A stretch of DNA of 64,000 bases from an uncultured Lachnospiraceae bacterium (GTDB taxonomy: Bacteria; Bacillota; Clostridia; Lachnospirales; Lachnospiraceae), in the NCBI GenBank assembly GCA_902786515.1, contig CADADA010000012.1:1454-65453 (forward strand). Reading direction: 5' to 3'. The translations under genes were made by a program, and so were the position numbers. The notes beneath the pieces are model-generated. The model was not told the DNA's origin. It worked only from the letters and a program-made list of their open reading frames with translations, and did no database searches. Shown here piece after piece: positions 40,884 to 50,785 of this stretch; the first letter of the stretch is position 1, and every line of letters starts with the position of its first letter.

Positions 40884-41075
40884 TTCAGTTCTCTTTGCTT
40901 GTTTAAGATTGCGGCTGCAGTAATGAAACACTAGGATTAGTTGTAACATTACTATAAAATATAACATATTAACGATGGATAGAAGACTGCGTACAACATT
41001 TCAGACGCATTTTGCGGGCTACGTATGTCGGAAGTTTATCACAATTAAGATTATTAATGGAGGTGTAATACGCAC

Positions 41076-41444
41076 ATGGCTCGTATTTCAGGTGTTGATT
41101 TACCAAGAGAAAAACGTGTTGAGATAGGATTAACTTATGTATACGGAATAGGAAGAGTAACATCTAACCGTATCCTTAAGGAAGCTAATGTTAACCCGGA
41201 TACACGTGTAAGAGACTTAACGGATGATGAAGTAAAGAAGATTAATGAAGTAATTTCTGAGAGTTACATGGTTGAAGGTGATTTAAGAAGAGAAATCGCT
41301 ATGAACATCAAGAGACTTCAGGAAATCGGATGCTACAGAGGAATCCGTCATAGAAAAGGTCTCCCGGTTCGTGGTCAGAAGACAAAGACAAATGCCAGAA
41401 CACGTAAGGGACCAAAGCGTACAGTTGCAAATAAGAAGAAATAA
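41076..41444 (+). CDS. rpsM: 30S ribosomal protein S13
   Basis: [25 protein letters not shown]. Confidence 0.96.
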   Translation: MARISGVDLPREKRVEIGLTYVYGIGRVTSNRILKEANVNPDTRVRDLTDDEVKKINEVISESYMVEGDLRREIAMNIKRLQEIGCYRGIRHRKGLPVRGQKTKTNARTRKGPKRTVANKKK

Positions 41445-41554
41445 TCCTTTGCAATGTACATTTAAATATACTGTTTTTATATAAGAGATATACAGTTAAG
41501 ATTGAAACATAGAGAATTTAGAAAGAAAGAACCCATAAGGGAGGTTAGTTTAAA

Positions 41555-41947
41555 ATGGCTAAAGTTACAAAAAAAGTGACAAAAAAGCGTGTAAAGAAAA
41601 ACGTTGAACGCGGACAGGCACACATCCAGTCATCATTTAACAATACAATCGTTACATTAACGGATACTGAAGGAAATGCTCTTTCTTGGGCAAGTGCCGG
41701 TGGTCTTGGTTTTAGAGGTTCAAGGAAATCTACTCCTTATGCAGCTCAGATGGCAGCAGAAACTGCTACAAAGGCAGCTTTAGTTCACGGATTAAAGTCA
41801 GTAGATGTTATGGTAAAAGGTCCGGGTTCAGGAAGAGAAGCAGCTATCCGTGCTCTTCAGGCGTGTGGACTCGAGGTTACAAGTATCAAGGACGTTACAC
41901 CGGTACCACATAATGGTTGTCGTCCGCCAAAACGCAGAAGAGTTTAA
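41555..41947 (+). CDS. rpsK: 30S ribosomal protein S11
   Basis: [19 protein letters not shown]...W.S.G...F.GSRKSTP.AAQ. Confidence 0.96.
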   Translation: MAKVTKKVTKKRVKKNVERGQAHIQSSFNNTIVTLTDTEGNALSWASAGGLGFRGSRKSTPYAAQMAAETATKAALVHGLKSVDVMVKGPGSGREAAIRALQACGLEVTSIKDVTPVPHNGCRPPKRRRV

Positions 41948-41963
41948 TAGGAGGTGCAGTTAG

Positions 41964-42557
41964 ATGGCAGTAAATAGAACACCGGTTCTTAAAAGATGTA
42001 GATCCCTTGGATTGGATCCGGTATATTTAGGAATAGATAAGAAATCAACAAGAGAATTAAAGAGAGCAAACAGAAAGATGAGTGAGTATGGTCTTCAGTT
42101 AAGAGAAAAGCAGAAGGCAAAATTCATCTATGGCGTATTAGAAAAACCTTTTAGAAATTATTACGAGAAAGCTCAGAAAATGCAGGGTATGACAGGTGCA
42201 AACCTTATGATTTTACTTGAGCTCAGACTTGACAACGTATTATTCCGTCTCGGATATGGAAGAACAAGAAAAGAAGCAAGACAGATTGTTGACCATAAGC
42301 ATGTATTAGTAAATGGCAAATGTGTTAATATCCCTTCATATCTTGTAAAAGCAGGAGACGTGATTGAGATAGCTGAGAAGTATCAGAGTTCACAGAGATA
42401 TAAAGATATATTTGAAGTGACAGATGGAAGACTGGTTCCAGAGTGGCTTGAGGCAGACCATGAGAGTTTCAAGGGTACAGTGAAAGAGTTACCTACAAGA
42501 GAAATCATTGATGTCCCGGTAGATGAAATGCTTATCGTCGAATTGTATTCAAAGTAG
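41964..42557 (+). CDS. rpsD: 30S ribosomal protein S4
   Basis: EYGLQLREKQK....YG..E.QF and an S4 domain, RLDNV.FRLG...TR..ARQ.V.H. Confidence 0.95.
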   Translation: MAVNRTPVLKRCRSLGLDPVYLGIDKKSTRELKRANRKMSEYGLQLREKQKAKFIYGVLEKPFRNYYEKAQKMQGMTGANLMILLELRLDNVLFRLGYGRTRKEARQIVDHKHVLVNGKCVNIPSYLVKAGDVIEIAEKYQSSQRYKDIFEVTDGRLVPEWLEADHESFKGTVKELPTREIIDVPVDEMLIVELYSK

Positions 42558-42600
42558 GCTTAGGCAGTTCCTAAAATTTTAAATAAGGAGGGGCTTTTTA

Positions 42601-43560
42601 ATGTTTGATTTTGAGAAACCTAATATTGAGATTGTGGAAATCTCTGAGGACAAAAAATATGGTAGATTTGTTGTAGAACCTCTTGAAAGAGGTTATGGAA
42701 CAACACTGGGAAATTCATTAAGAAGAATTATGCTTTCCTCTCTTCCTGGAGCGGCAGTGAGCCAGGTAAGGATAGAAGGTGTTCTTCATGAATTCAGTTC
42801 TATTCCGGGCGTAAAGGAAGATGTAACTGAAATCATTATGAATATCAAAGCTTTATCTATAAAGAATAACAGCGAAACTGATGAAGTTAAGATGGCATAT
42901 ATTGATAAGACCGGTGATGGTGTTGTTACAGCAGCAGATATACAGACCGATGCAGACATTGAGATAATGAATCCGGATTTGGTTATCGCAACTCTCAATG
43001 GCGGAAGTGACAGTAAATTATATATCGAATTTACTATTACTAAGGGCAGAGGTTATGTAAGTTCTGATAAGAACAAAAATGATGAGCTTCCAATCGGTAT
43101 GATAGCAGTAGATTCTATCTATACTCCGGTTGAAAGAGTAAATATAGCTATAGAGAATACTCGTGTTGGTCAAATAACAGATTTTGATAAACTTACTTTA
43201 GATGTATTCACAAATGGAACACTTGCACCTGATGAGGCAGTAAGTCTCGCAGCTAAAGTACTCAGTGAGCATTTGAACCTGTTTATTGATTTATCTGAAA
43301 AGGGACAGAATTTCGATGTGATTGTTGAAAAAGAAGATGACCAGAAAGAAAAAGTTCTTGAGATGAACATCGATGAACTTGAGTTGTCAGTACGTTCATA
43401 CAATTGCCTTAAGAGAGCGGGTATCAATACAGTAGAAGAGTTGACAAACAGAACATCAGAAGACATGATGAAGGTACGTAACCTTGGACGCAAGTCTTTA
43501 GAGGAAGTTCTTGCTAAATTAAAAGAACTTGGTTTGTCATTACGTCAAAGTGAAGAATAA
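42601..43560 (+). CDS. rpoA: DNA-directed RNA polymerase subunit alpha
   Basis: [20 protein letters not shown] and a C-terminal domain, [21 protein letters not shown]. Confidence 0.96.
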   Translation: MFDFEKPNIEIVEISEDKKYGRFVVEPLERGYGTTLGNSLRRIMLSSLPGAAVSQVRIEGVLHEFSSIPGVKEDVTEIIMNIKALSIKNNSETDEVKMAYIDKTGDGVVTAADIQTDADIEIMNPDLVIATLNGGSDSKLYIEFTITKGRGYVSSDKNKNDELPIGMIAVDSIYTPVERVNIAIENTRVGQITDFDKLTLDVFTNGTLAPDEAVSLAAKVLSEHLNLFIDLSEKGQNFDVIVEKEDDQKEKVLEMNIDELELSVRSYNCLKRAGINTVEELTNRTSEDMMKVRNLGRKSLEEVLAKLKELGLSLRQSEE

Positions 43561-43590
43561 TATAATTGGTCAAGTTAGGAGGCAAGAAAA

Positions 43591-44127
43591 ATGTCAGGAT
43601 ATAGAAAGCTCGGCAGAACTTCAAGCCAGAGAAAGGCTTTACTTAGAAATCAGGTAACAGCTTTACTGAACAATGGTAAGATTGTTACTACTGAAGCAAG
43701 AGCAAAAGAAGTTCGTAAAATTGCTGAAGGTTTAATTGCCATGGCAGTTAAAGAGAAAGATAATTACGAAGAAGTAACTGTAAAGGCAAAAGTTGCCCGT
43801 AAGGATAAAGACGGAAATAGAGTAAAAGAAGTTGTTGACGGAAAGAAAGTAACAGTTTTCGATGAAGTTGACAAGACAATCAAGAAGGATAAACCTTCTC
43901 GTTTACATGCAAGAAGAAAGATGCTTGCTGTACTCTATCCTGTTAAGGTAGTACCTTCAGAAGCTGCTGGTAAGAAGAAAGCAACAAAAGATGTTGATCT
44001 TACACAGAAGTTATTTGATGAAATCGCACCAAAGTACGAAGGACGCAACGGTGGTTACACAAGAATCATTAAGATTGGTCAGCGTAAAGGTGACGCAGCA
44101 ATGGAAGTTGTACTTGAGTTAGTATAA
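43591..44127 (+). CDS. rplQ: 50S ribosomal protein L17 (long form with Lys-rich insertion)
   Basis: KLGRTSSQRKALLRNQVT.L...G.I.TT..RAKE.R and a C-terminal GGYTRI.K...R.GD.A.M. 178 aa. Confidence 0.93.
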   Translation: MSGYRKLGRTSSQRKALLRNQVTALLNNGKIVTTEARAKEVRKIAEGLIAMAVKEKDNYEEVTVKAKVARKDKDGNRVKEVVDGKKVTVFDEVDKTIKKDKPSRLHARRKMLAVLYPVKVVPSEAAGKKKATKDVDLTQKLFDEIAPKYEGRNGGYTRIIKIGQRKGDAAMEVVLELV

Positions 44128-44138
44128 TGAAAAATAGA

Positions 44139-44172
44139 AAGGAGACTGGAATTTATTTTCAGCTCCTTTTTT
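44139..44172 (+). terminator. Intrinsic terminator after rplQ
   Basis: GGAGACTGGA...TTCAGCTCC followed by TTTTTT. Confidence 0.65.
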
Positions 44173-44249
44173 AATATGTACTCTCGAAAATCAGACACAA
44201 AAAGATTCCGGGAGTACATATATAACATTTATTTGTGGAGAAGATTAGT

Positions 44250-45128
44250 ATGCCATTTATCAGTATAAAGAATTTGGTTCATCAATTTCATGTAAGAGAC
44301 ATGAATGGTGAAATAACAGGAGAATACAATGCAATAGATGATATTTCAATGGAAATAGAAGAAGGACAGTTTATTGCAATATTAGGAAGAAATGGTTCAG
44401 GAAAATCAACACTTGCAAGACATTTTAATAATCTGCTGTTTGCAGATAAAGGTTCAATATGGATAAATGATATTCTGGTTAATCATGAGAACGAGGATAT
44501 CATTTGGAACAATCGAAAGAAAATTGGAATGGTATTTCAAAATCCGGATAACCAGATTATAGGAACAACGGTGGAAGAAGACACGGCATTCGGACCGGAG
44601 AATATTGGAATTGAATCAGAAAACATAATAACTTTGGTAAATGAAGCATTAGAAGCGGTAAAAATGAAACATAAAAGCAAGATGTCTCCGAATCATTTAT
44701 CAGGCGGTCAAAAACAGAAGGTGGCCATAGCAGGGATATTGGCTTTAAAACCAAAGTGTATAGTGTTAGATGAAGCAACATCAATGCTTGACCCGCACAG
44801 CAGAAAAGAATTAATGAAGTTTGTTCTGGAATTAAACAAGAAGGAAAAAATTACTATAATAATGATTACACATAACATGGAGGAAGTTGTAAATGCTGAT
44901 AAACTATTTATCATGAATAAGGGAAAATTATTGACTCATGGAAGTGTCAATGAGGTGTTTAATGAAGTTGAAACCATTAAAGAAGCAGGACTTGAAATAC
45001 CGGAAATTACTGAATTAGCAATCAAATTGCATCATGTTAATCAGAACTTCAGGACGGGAATCTTCACGCCGGAGGAATTTGCAAATGAGTTTGAACGTGT
45101 TTACAATGAGAAGAGGAACAAAGAATGA
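44250..45128 (+). CDS. ecfA1: ECF transporter ATPase subunit A1
   Basis: GRNGSGKST, LSGGQKQKVAIAG, VLDEATSMLD. Conserved rplQ-ecfA-ecfA-ecfT-truA order. The ATG at 44250 follows GGAGAAG. Confidence 0.88.
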   Translation: MPFISIKNLVHQFHVRDMNGEITGEYNAIDDISMEIEEGQFIAILGRNGSGKSTLARHFNNLLFADKGSIWINDILVNHENEDIIWNNRKKIGMVFQNPDNQIIGTTVEEDTAFGPENIGIESENIITLVNEALEAVKMKHKSKMSPNHLSGGQKQKVAIAGILALKPKCIVLDEATSMLDPHSRKELMKFVLELNKKEKITIIMITHNMEEVVNADKLFIMNKGKLLTHGSVNEVFNEVETIKEAGLEIPEITELAIKLHHVNQNFRTGIFTPEEFANEFERVYNEKRNKE

Positions 45129-45952
45129 TTGAATTTGAAAATGTTTCATATGGCTATGAAGATAATAAAAAAGTATTAGAAAGTATAACATTTAAAATTG
45201 AAGATGGGGATTTTGTTGGAATTATCGGACACACGGGTTCGGGAAAATCAACTCTTATACAGATGATGAATGGTTTATTAAAACCGGATTCAGGAACGAT
45301 AAGGTTTCGTGGTGAAAATATATTTGGGAACGGTTATAATTTGAGAGAATTAAAGTTCAGAGTCGGAGTGGTGTTTCAGTATCCTGATTACCAGCTTTTT
45401 GAGACAACAGTGATAAAAGATGTAATGTACGGACCTATGAATATGGGAATGACACAAAATGAGGCTATGGATGCTGCAAAGCAGGCATTGAGTTTAGTTG
45501 GAATATCAGAAGATAAATTTAATAAATCACCTTTTGAGTTATCCGGAGGAGAAAAGAAAAAAGTATCAATAGCAGGTATCCTTGCAATGAACCCTGAAGT
45601 GCTTGTTTTAGATGAGCCTGTAGCCGGCCTTGAACCTGAAGGACGTAGAAATCTCCTTAAATTGCTGGAAAAGATAAGAAATGAAAATCATATTACTATC
45701 GTTATGGTATCCCACAGTATGGAAAATGTAGCAGATTATTGTAATCATGTTCTTGTAATGAATGAAGGTAAATTAGAATTAAACGGAACTCCTGAAGAGG
45801 TCTTTAGACAGGCAGATAAATTAGAAAAAATGGGACTTTCTTCGACTGTAGCATATTATATTATGAGAGAATTGGAGAAAAGGGGAATCGTACATGATGA
45901 TAGAAGTATAACTATGAAAGAGGCATATGGATGTTTAGAGAAATTACTTTAG
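45125..45952 (+). CDS. ecfA2: ECF transporter ATPase subunit A2
   Basis: GHTGSGKST, LSGGEKKKVSIAG, VLDEPVAGL. Confidence 0.88.
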   Translation: MIEFENVSYGYEDNKKVLESITFKIEDGDFVGIIGHTGSGKSTLIQMMNGLLKPDSGTIRFRGENIFGNGYNLRELKFRVGVVFQYPDYQLFETTVIKDVMYGPMNMGMTQNEAMDAAKQALSLVGISEDKFNKSPFELSGGEKKKVSIAGILAMNPEVLVLDEPVAGLEPEGRRNLLKLLEKIRNENHITIVMVSHSMENVADYCNHVLVMNEGKLELNGTPEEVFRQADKLEKMGLSSTVAYYIMRELEKRGIVHDDRSITMKEAYGCLEKLL

Positions 45953-46767
45953 GGCAGTATTATGCTGTCGATTCGGTGATTCACAGGTTGGATCCGAGAG
46001 TTAAATTGTTTGGAACACTTATATATATAATGTCAGTTTTTATGGCAGGTGGATTGTCAGGTTATTTGATTGTGACAATGGTTTATATGCTGGTTATGAA
46101 ATTGTCAAAGGTGCCGTTTTCATTTGCATTGCGGGGGTTAAAATCGGTTGTCTGGATTGTTTTGATGACATTTATCTGTAATGCATTTTTTTATACGGGT
46201 GGGACTCCGTTTATAAAATATGGTGTTATTTCAATAAGTGCCGCAGGCATTAAATATGGTGTAGCAATGTCTGTGAGGCTTATTCTGCTGGTTTTGGGTT
46301 CATCAATTCTGACATTGACAACTACACCAAATGAACTGACTTATGGACTGGAAAAGGCATTTGGCTTTTTAATAAAGTTTCACGTTCCGGTGCAGGAGAT
46401 TGCGTTAATGATGTCAATTGCATTAAGATTTATTCCCATTCTGATTGAGGAAACGGATAAAATTATGAAGGCACAGGCGAGCAGGGGAACGGATTTTGAT
46501 ACTGGAAGTATTATAAAAAGAGTGAAAAATTATATTCCGATTATAATTCCACTATTTATTTCTGCATTTAGAAGAGCCGGTGATTTGGCGCTGGCAATGG
46601 AATCAAGATGCTATCGTACGGGATATCAGCGGACAAAGATGTATCCTCTTAAATATACAAAGGCAGATGGCAAGGGATATTTAGTTTTAATGGTGTATTT
46701 GCTGTTATTTACCTTAGCAAAGTGTACTTTGCTGTACACCGGGAACAGTGGATTTTACACTATGTGA
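45931..46767 (+). CDS. ecfT: ECF transporter transmembrane subunit T
   Basis: CbiQ-like multi-pass protein with the ...ALRFIP.L.EE...I..AQ.SRG motif. Confidence 0.88.
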   Translation: MFREITLGQYYAVDSVIHRLDPRVKLFGTLIYIMSVFMAGGLSGYLIVTMVYMLVMKLSKVPFSFALRGLKSVVWIVLMTFICNAFFYTGGTPFIKYGVISISAAGIKYGVAMSVRLILLVLGSSILTLTTTPNELTYGLEKAFGFLIKFHVPVQEIALMMSIALRFIPILIEETDKIMKAQASRGTDFDTGSIIKRVKNYIPIIIPLFISAFRRAGDLALAMESRCYRTGYQRTKMYPLKYTKADGKGYLVLMVYLLLFTLAKCTLLYTGNSGFYTM

Positions 46768-46783
46768 GAAAGGATTTGCTGAT

Positions 46784-47527
46784 ATGAAAAGAGTAATGCT
46801 TGTAATTGCATATGATGGAACAAATTATTGTGGATGGCAGACCCAGAAAAATGGTACAGGTGTGGAAGAAGTTATAAATAGAACGTTATCAGAATTAACC
46901 GGTGAAGACATTAAAGTGATAGGTGCAAGCAGGACAGATGCGGGGGTTCATGCTTATGGAAATGTAGCTGTATTTGATACGGATTCAAGAATACCGGGTG
47001 ATAAATTTTTGTATGCACTAAACCGTTTCCTGCCTGATGATATAGTTATTCAAGATTCAAAAGAGGTACCGGATGATTTTCATCCGCGTCATGTGAATTG
47101 TAAAAAGACATATGAATACAGAATTCTGAATAGAAGGGTTCCGCTTCCGACAAAACGTCTTTATTCACATTTTTTATATTATGATATGGATATTGAAAAA
47201 ATGAGAAAAGCAGCAGAAATACTGGTTGGGACACATGATTTTAAGAGTTTTTGTTCTGTCAACACGCAGGTTAAGGATACTGTGAGGACGATTTACAATA
47301 TTGAAGTTATTCGTGAAAATGAGGATATAATTATACGTGTATACGGAAATGGTTTTTTGTATAACATGGTCAGAATCATAGTGGGAACTTTAATTAATGT
47401 CGGAACAGGTCTTACAGAGCCTGAGGAGGTGAAGGAAATGCTGGGTGCTAAGGACAGGCAGGCTTCAGGACCTACAGCGCCTGCAATGGGATTAACACTT
47501 GTAAAGATAGAATACGAAAATATTTAA
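46784..47527 (+). CDS. truA: tRNA pseudouridine(38-40) synthase
   Basis: MKRVMLVIAYDGTNYCGWQ.Q....VE and GASRTDAGVHA (catalytic Asp). Confidence 0.93.
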   Translation: MKRVMLVIAYDGTNYCGWQTQKNGTGVEEVINRTLSELTGEDIKVIGASRTDAGVHAYGNVAVFDTDSRIPGDKFLYALNRFLPDDIVIQDSKEVPDDFHPRHVNCKKTYEYRILNRRVPLPTKRLYSHFLYYDMDIEKMRKAAEILVGTHDFKSFCSVNTQVKDTVRTIYNIEVIRENEDIIIRVYGNGFLYNMVRIIVGTLINVGTGLTEPEEVKEMLGAKDRQASGPTAPAMGLTLVKIEYENI

Positions 47528-47535
47528 AAAATCTG

Positions 47536-47663
47536 TTGACACAGCTGGCTCGGTGTAATATAATTTACAAATGTGACGGTATGTCTTATTCCAAGCCATA
47601 GCCCCGGTACGGATAGGATAACTGTTCAGTATTATGTATGAACATTTTATAGGAGGAAAACCA
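47536..47663 (+). promoter_or_regulatory. rplM promoter plus ~100-nt leader (candidate L13-type leader)
   Basis: TTGACA (47536-41), 17-nt spacer, TATAAT (47559-64). The leader precedes the AGGAGG RBS of rplM. Confidence 0.55.
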
Positions 47664-48092
47664 ATGAAAAGTTACATGGCTAGTCCGGCAACAATTGAGA
47701 GAAAATGGTATGTAGTGGACGCTACAGGATATACATTAGGTCGTTTATCATCAGAAATCGCTAAGGTTTTGAGAGGTAAGAATAAACCAACATATACACC
47801 ACATATTGACACAGGTGATTATGTTATCGTAGTAAATGCAGATAAGGTTACTGTTACAGGTAAGAAGCTTGATCAGAAGATTTACTACAACCACTCAGAG
47901 TATGTAGGTGGAATGAAAGAGACAACTCTTAGAGAATTACAGGCTAAGAAACCTGAAAAGGTAATAGAACTCGCAGTTAAGGGAATGCTTCCAAAGGGAC
48001 CTTTGGGACGTCAGATGCTCACAAAGCTTCATGTATATGCAGGACCAGAACATGATCATGCAGCACAGAAGCCAGAGACATTAGCATTTTAA
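47664..48092 (+). CDS. rplM: 50S ribosomal protein L13
   Basis: [30 protein letters not shown]. Confidence 0.96.
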   Translation: MKSYMASPATIERKWYVVDATGYTLGRLSSEIAKVLRGKNKPTYTPHIDTGDYVIVVNADKVTVTGKKLDQKIYYNHSEYVGGMKETTLRELQAKKPEKVIELAVKGMLPKGPLGRQMLTKLHVYAGPEHDHAAQKPETLAF

Positions 48093-48116
48093 TTAACTGA
48101 AAGGAGGAAATATTAG

Positions 48117-48512
48117 ATGGCTAATTCAAATAGTTTTTACGGAACAGGTAGAAGAAAGAAAAGTATTGCTAGAGTTTATTTAAAACCAGGTAAAGGTGAT
48201 ATTACAGTAAATAAGAGAAGTATTGACGATTATTTCGGACTTGAGACATTGAAAGTTATCGTACGTCAGCCATTGGTTGCTACTGACACAGTTGGTAAGT
48301 ATGATATCGTTATCAATGTTCAGGGTGGCGGATATACAGGACAGGCAGGAGCTATCAGACATGGTATCTCAAGAGCTTTATTACAGGTAGATGCTGAATA
48401 CCGTCCAATCTTAAAGAAAGCAGGATTCTTAACAAGAGATCCAAGAATGAAAGAAAGAAAGAAGTATGGTCTCAAAGCAGCGAGACGTGCTCCACAGTTC
48501 TCAAAGAGATAA
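48117..48512 (+). CDS. rpsI: 30S ribosomal protein S9
   Basis: YGTGRRK.S.ARV...G.G.I.VN and a C-terminal [22 protein letters not shown]. Confidence 0.96.
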   Translation: MANSNSFYGTGRRKKSIARVYLKPGKGDITVNKRSIDDYFGLETLKVIVRQPLVATDTVGKYDIVINVQGGGYTGQAGAIRHGISRALLQVDAEYRPILKKAGFLTRDPRMKERKKYGLKAARRAPQFSKR

Positions 48513-48603
48513 TCTTTCGGAAACGAAGATATCAAGAAAAGCCCGTTTTACAAGGGTTACAGAAGTTGTGGAAAGTTGTCAGATGTGCTGGAATTTACAT
48601 CGA

Positions 48604-48633
48604 ATGCAACACATATGCAACAGGTATGCAACA
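48604..48633 (+). repeat. Three ATGCAACA direct repeats at 11-bp phasing (candidate integrase arm sites)
   Basis: Copies start at 48604, 48615 and 48626. A further ATGCAACAC lies at 58551-58559 near the other element end. Confidence 0.6.
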
Positions 48634-48840
48634 AAGATTATGATATGTATAGGACATTTTTCAGTAGAAATACTGGGGAATGTCCTTTTTATTTTGCGCG
48701 TTTCTACAAGCGGTGCAACAGACAGTGAATATGTTGAGATGATGCTTGCATCAATCGAAACATATTTGCTGGATGGTATAGCGCGCCAGCGCGACATGAG
48801 CAAAATCACGGAGTGATTTGCGAATGGCACCGATTGCTTC

Positions 48841-49896
48841 TTAAATTCTATTAATCGCATCTACAAGCTCCTTTATATCAAAGTGTGTGTATACTTTTTC
48901 GGTCAAAGTCATAGCACCGGAGTGCCCCACAATCTTCTTGATAATTGTCTGATTCACACCGGCTTCCGCTAACATTGAGATACAAGTGTGTCTACAGCAG
49001 TGCGGTGTACGATTAATATTTAGCTGTTCCATTAAAGGTTTGAAATAGCTATCGTAGTAGTTTCGGTATAAGAAATGATTTCCGTCCTCTGTGTGAAGTA
49101 GATATTCACATTCCGGACAGGATTCATACCAGTTTTTGTAGTATGGCAGAAGCTTATCTGCTATTGGAACCTTTCGAATACCATTTTCTGTTTTACTACA
49201 GATAACATCAAAATACTGTTCTTCCAGATGAACATTTTCTTTTTTCAAATCCAGCAATTCTGAAACTCGAACTCCACTGTATAGAAGCATTAATACAATC
49301 TGATAATATTTATCTTCTTTTTGCTCCCAAATCATATCAATTTCGTTCTTTTCAAACTTGTTTCTGTCGTATTTGTTAGGATTACGATCCTTATACTGAG
49401 TGACATCCACATAGCTGGAATAGTCTTTGTTGCAGATATCATTCTTCAAGGCATAGTCATATAGCTGATTGAATAACACTTTGATTTTCTTTAGTGTTGG
49501 GAAATTCTTGCCACATGTATCAATGACAGTTTGTAAATCGACTAGCTTAATATCCTTGAATACTTTGTTGTAAAGGGATTCACACGCTTTATATGAAGCA
49601 GAGTATCCTTTTACATTAGATTCAGAAATAGTTGGAAACTTACGCTTTGACCATTCTTCATATACATCGGAAAAGGTCATTTTAGCAGCCTTGGTATCGA
49701 ATGGATTATTATTGTATTCTGCAAGCATCTGCAGAGCTTCAGCCTTAGTGGCTGCATATCCAATTGTAATCATATCCTGAACTTGTTTGTCTTTTTCCTT
49801 ATCATAGTGCCAGCCTATCGTTTTTCGCACTTGATAAGGTCTTCTTCTTTTGCCGGAAAGTTTAACAACGCTTCCGTATCCGTTGGGTAACTTCAT
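48841..49896 (-). CDS. int: Tyrosine-type site-specific integrase
   Basis: The N-terminal MKLPNGYGSVVKLSGKRRRPYQVRKT is an AP2-like arm-binding domain. Catalytic contexts: SGVRVSELLDL (Arg), HCCRHTCIS (HxxR), GHSGAMTLTEKVYTH (His...Tyr). The ATG at 49896 has better RBS spacing than the one at 49905. Confidence 0.9.
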   Translation of the reverse strand: MKLPNGYGSVVKLSGKRRRPYQVRKTIGWHYDKEKDKQVQDMITIGYAATKAEALQMLAEYNNNPFDTKAAKMTFSDVYEEWSKRKFPTISESNVKGYSASYKACESLYNKVFKDIKLVDLQTVIDTCGKNFPTLKKIKVLFNQLYDYALKNDICNKDYSSYVDVTQYKDRNPNKYDRNKFEKNEIDMIWEQKEDKYYQIVLMLLYSGVRVSELLDLKKENVHLEEQYFDVICSKTENGIRKVPIADKLLPYYKNWYESCPECEYLLHTEDGNHFLYRNYYDSYFKPLMEQLNINRTPHCCRHTCISMLAEAGVNQTIIKKIVGHSGAMTLTEKVYTHFDIKELVDAINRI

Positions 49897-49950
49897 AAGC
49901 ACCATCCTTTCGCTATTTACTAGAAAGCTGATAGCAAGCGGATAAAATGA

Positions 49951-50385
49951 TTATTGTTCGTGGGTTACCTTTGTTACACTTGGGCGAATTGTTTTCCAAA
50001 TCTCATAATTGTCTTGAGTCTGGCTGCCAGAAGCAAGTAATTCTTTCATTGCCTGCCAGTCTTTTAGAAACTGTATGAGACTTTTATTGGAAAAAAATAT
50101 TCCAGGTTCTCCGTCTACATCTTTAACTGACACTTCAAATACATCATCAATAGCAAACAGTAATGGTAACACATCCCCATCAGCTTCAATATCAAATTCA
50201 GCTAATGAATTGACATTAACATTAAGTGCTTCTGCTATCTTACGCAGTTGTTCTGGTTTTGGAATGTTTTTTCCAAGTTCATACTTACGGATTGCAACTT
50301 CATGTATTCCGCAAGCTTCGCCAAGTTCTTTCTGAGTTAATCCACGAAATGTTCGAATTAACTTAATCTTTTTACCTGTATTCAT
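49951..50385 (-). CDS. XRE-family transcriptional regulator of the IME
   Basis: MNTGKKIKLIRTFRGLTQKELGEACGIHEVAIRKYELGKNIP. The ATG at 50385 follows GGAGG. Confidence 0.85.
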   Translation of the reverse strand: MNTGKKIKLIRTFRGLTQKELGEACGIHEVAIRKYELGKNIPKPEQLRKIAEALNVNVNSLAEFDIEADGDVLPLLFAIDDVFEVSVKDVDGEPGIFFSNKSLIQFLKDWQAMKELLASGSQTQDNYEIWKTIRPSVTKVTHEQ

Positions 50386-50433
50386 TGCATCAACCTCCTG
50401 TAATTGTAAATTTAACATACTAATATCTATTAG

Positions 50434-50459
50434 TCAACATTAAATTATAAACTGTTGAC
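50434..50459. promoter_or_regulatory. Palindromic operator between divergent promoters
   Basis: GTCAACA-N12-TGTTGAC. The right half overlaps the TTGACA (-35) of a TTGACA-17-TATAAT promoter that faces orf 50535. Confidence 0.5.
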
Positions 50460-50534
50460 AGAGCAAACAAAGGTCTGTATAATACAAAACATAACAGAGC
50501 AAGAAATGCTCTATAAAAAGAGGAGGTGGTAGAG

Positions 50535-50771
50535 ATGCCAGAAGTTATTTACAAGGTTGATTTACCAGCCTTTACAGGAAGAAATGTACCAATAAAGGAA
50601 ATTGCAAGTGCGATAGGGAAGGATGCACAGTATGTAAGGCTGGGATTACAACAAGGAATACTCAAATTCGGAACAGCAATAAAAGTGGGAAGTTCAAATG
50701 AATATAGCTATTATTGCCCGGATAAAAGGGTTTGGGAAGAAACAGGTTACTTTAATGAAGAAGCAGTTTGA
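50535..50771 (+). CDS. Small hypothetical protein of the IME
   Basis: ATG follows GAGGAGGTGG. 78 aa. No motif that I recognise. Confidence 0.5.
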   Translation: MPEVIYKVDLPAFTGRNVPIKEIASAIGKDAQYVRLGLQQGILKFGTAIKVGSSNEYSYYCPDKRVWEETGYFNEEAV

Positions 50772-50785
50772 CAAGGAGGAAGATT

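Noticed and set aside
48466-48860. Two overlapping ORFs (116 aa plus strand, 93 aa minus strand) between rpsI and the integrase
   Set aside because: One starts inside rpsI in another frame, and both lack RBSs. They cover the att/arm-repeat region, where non-coding recombination sites are expected.
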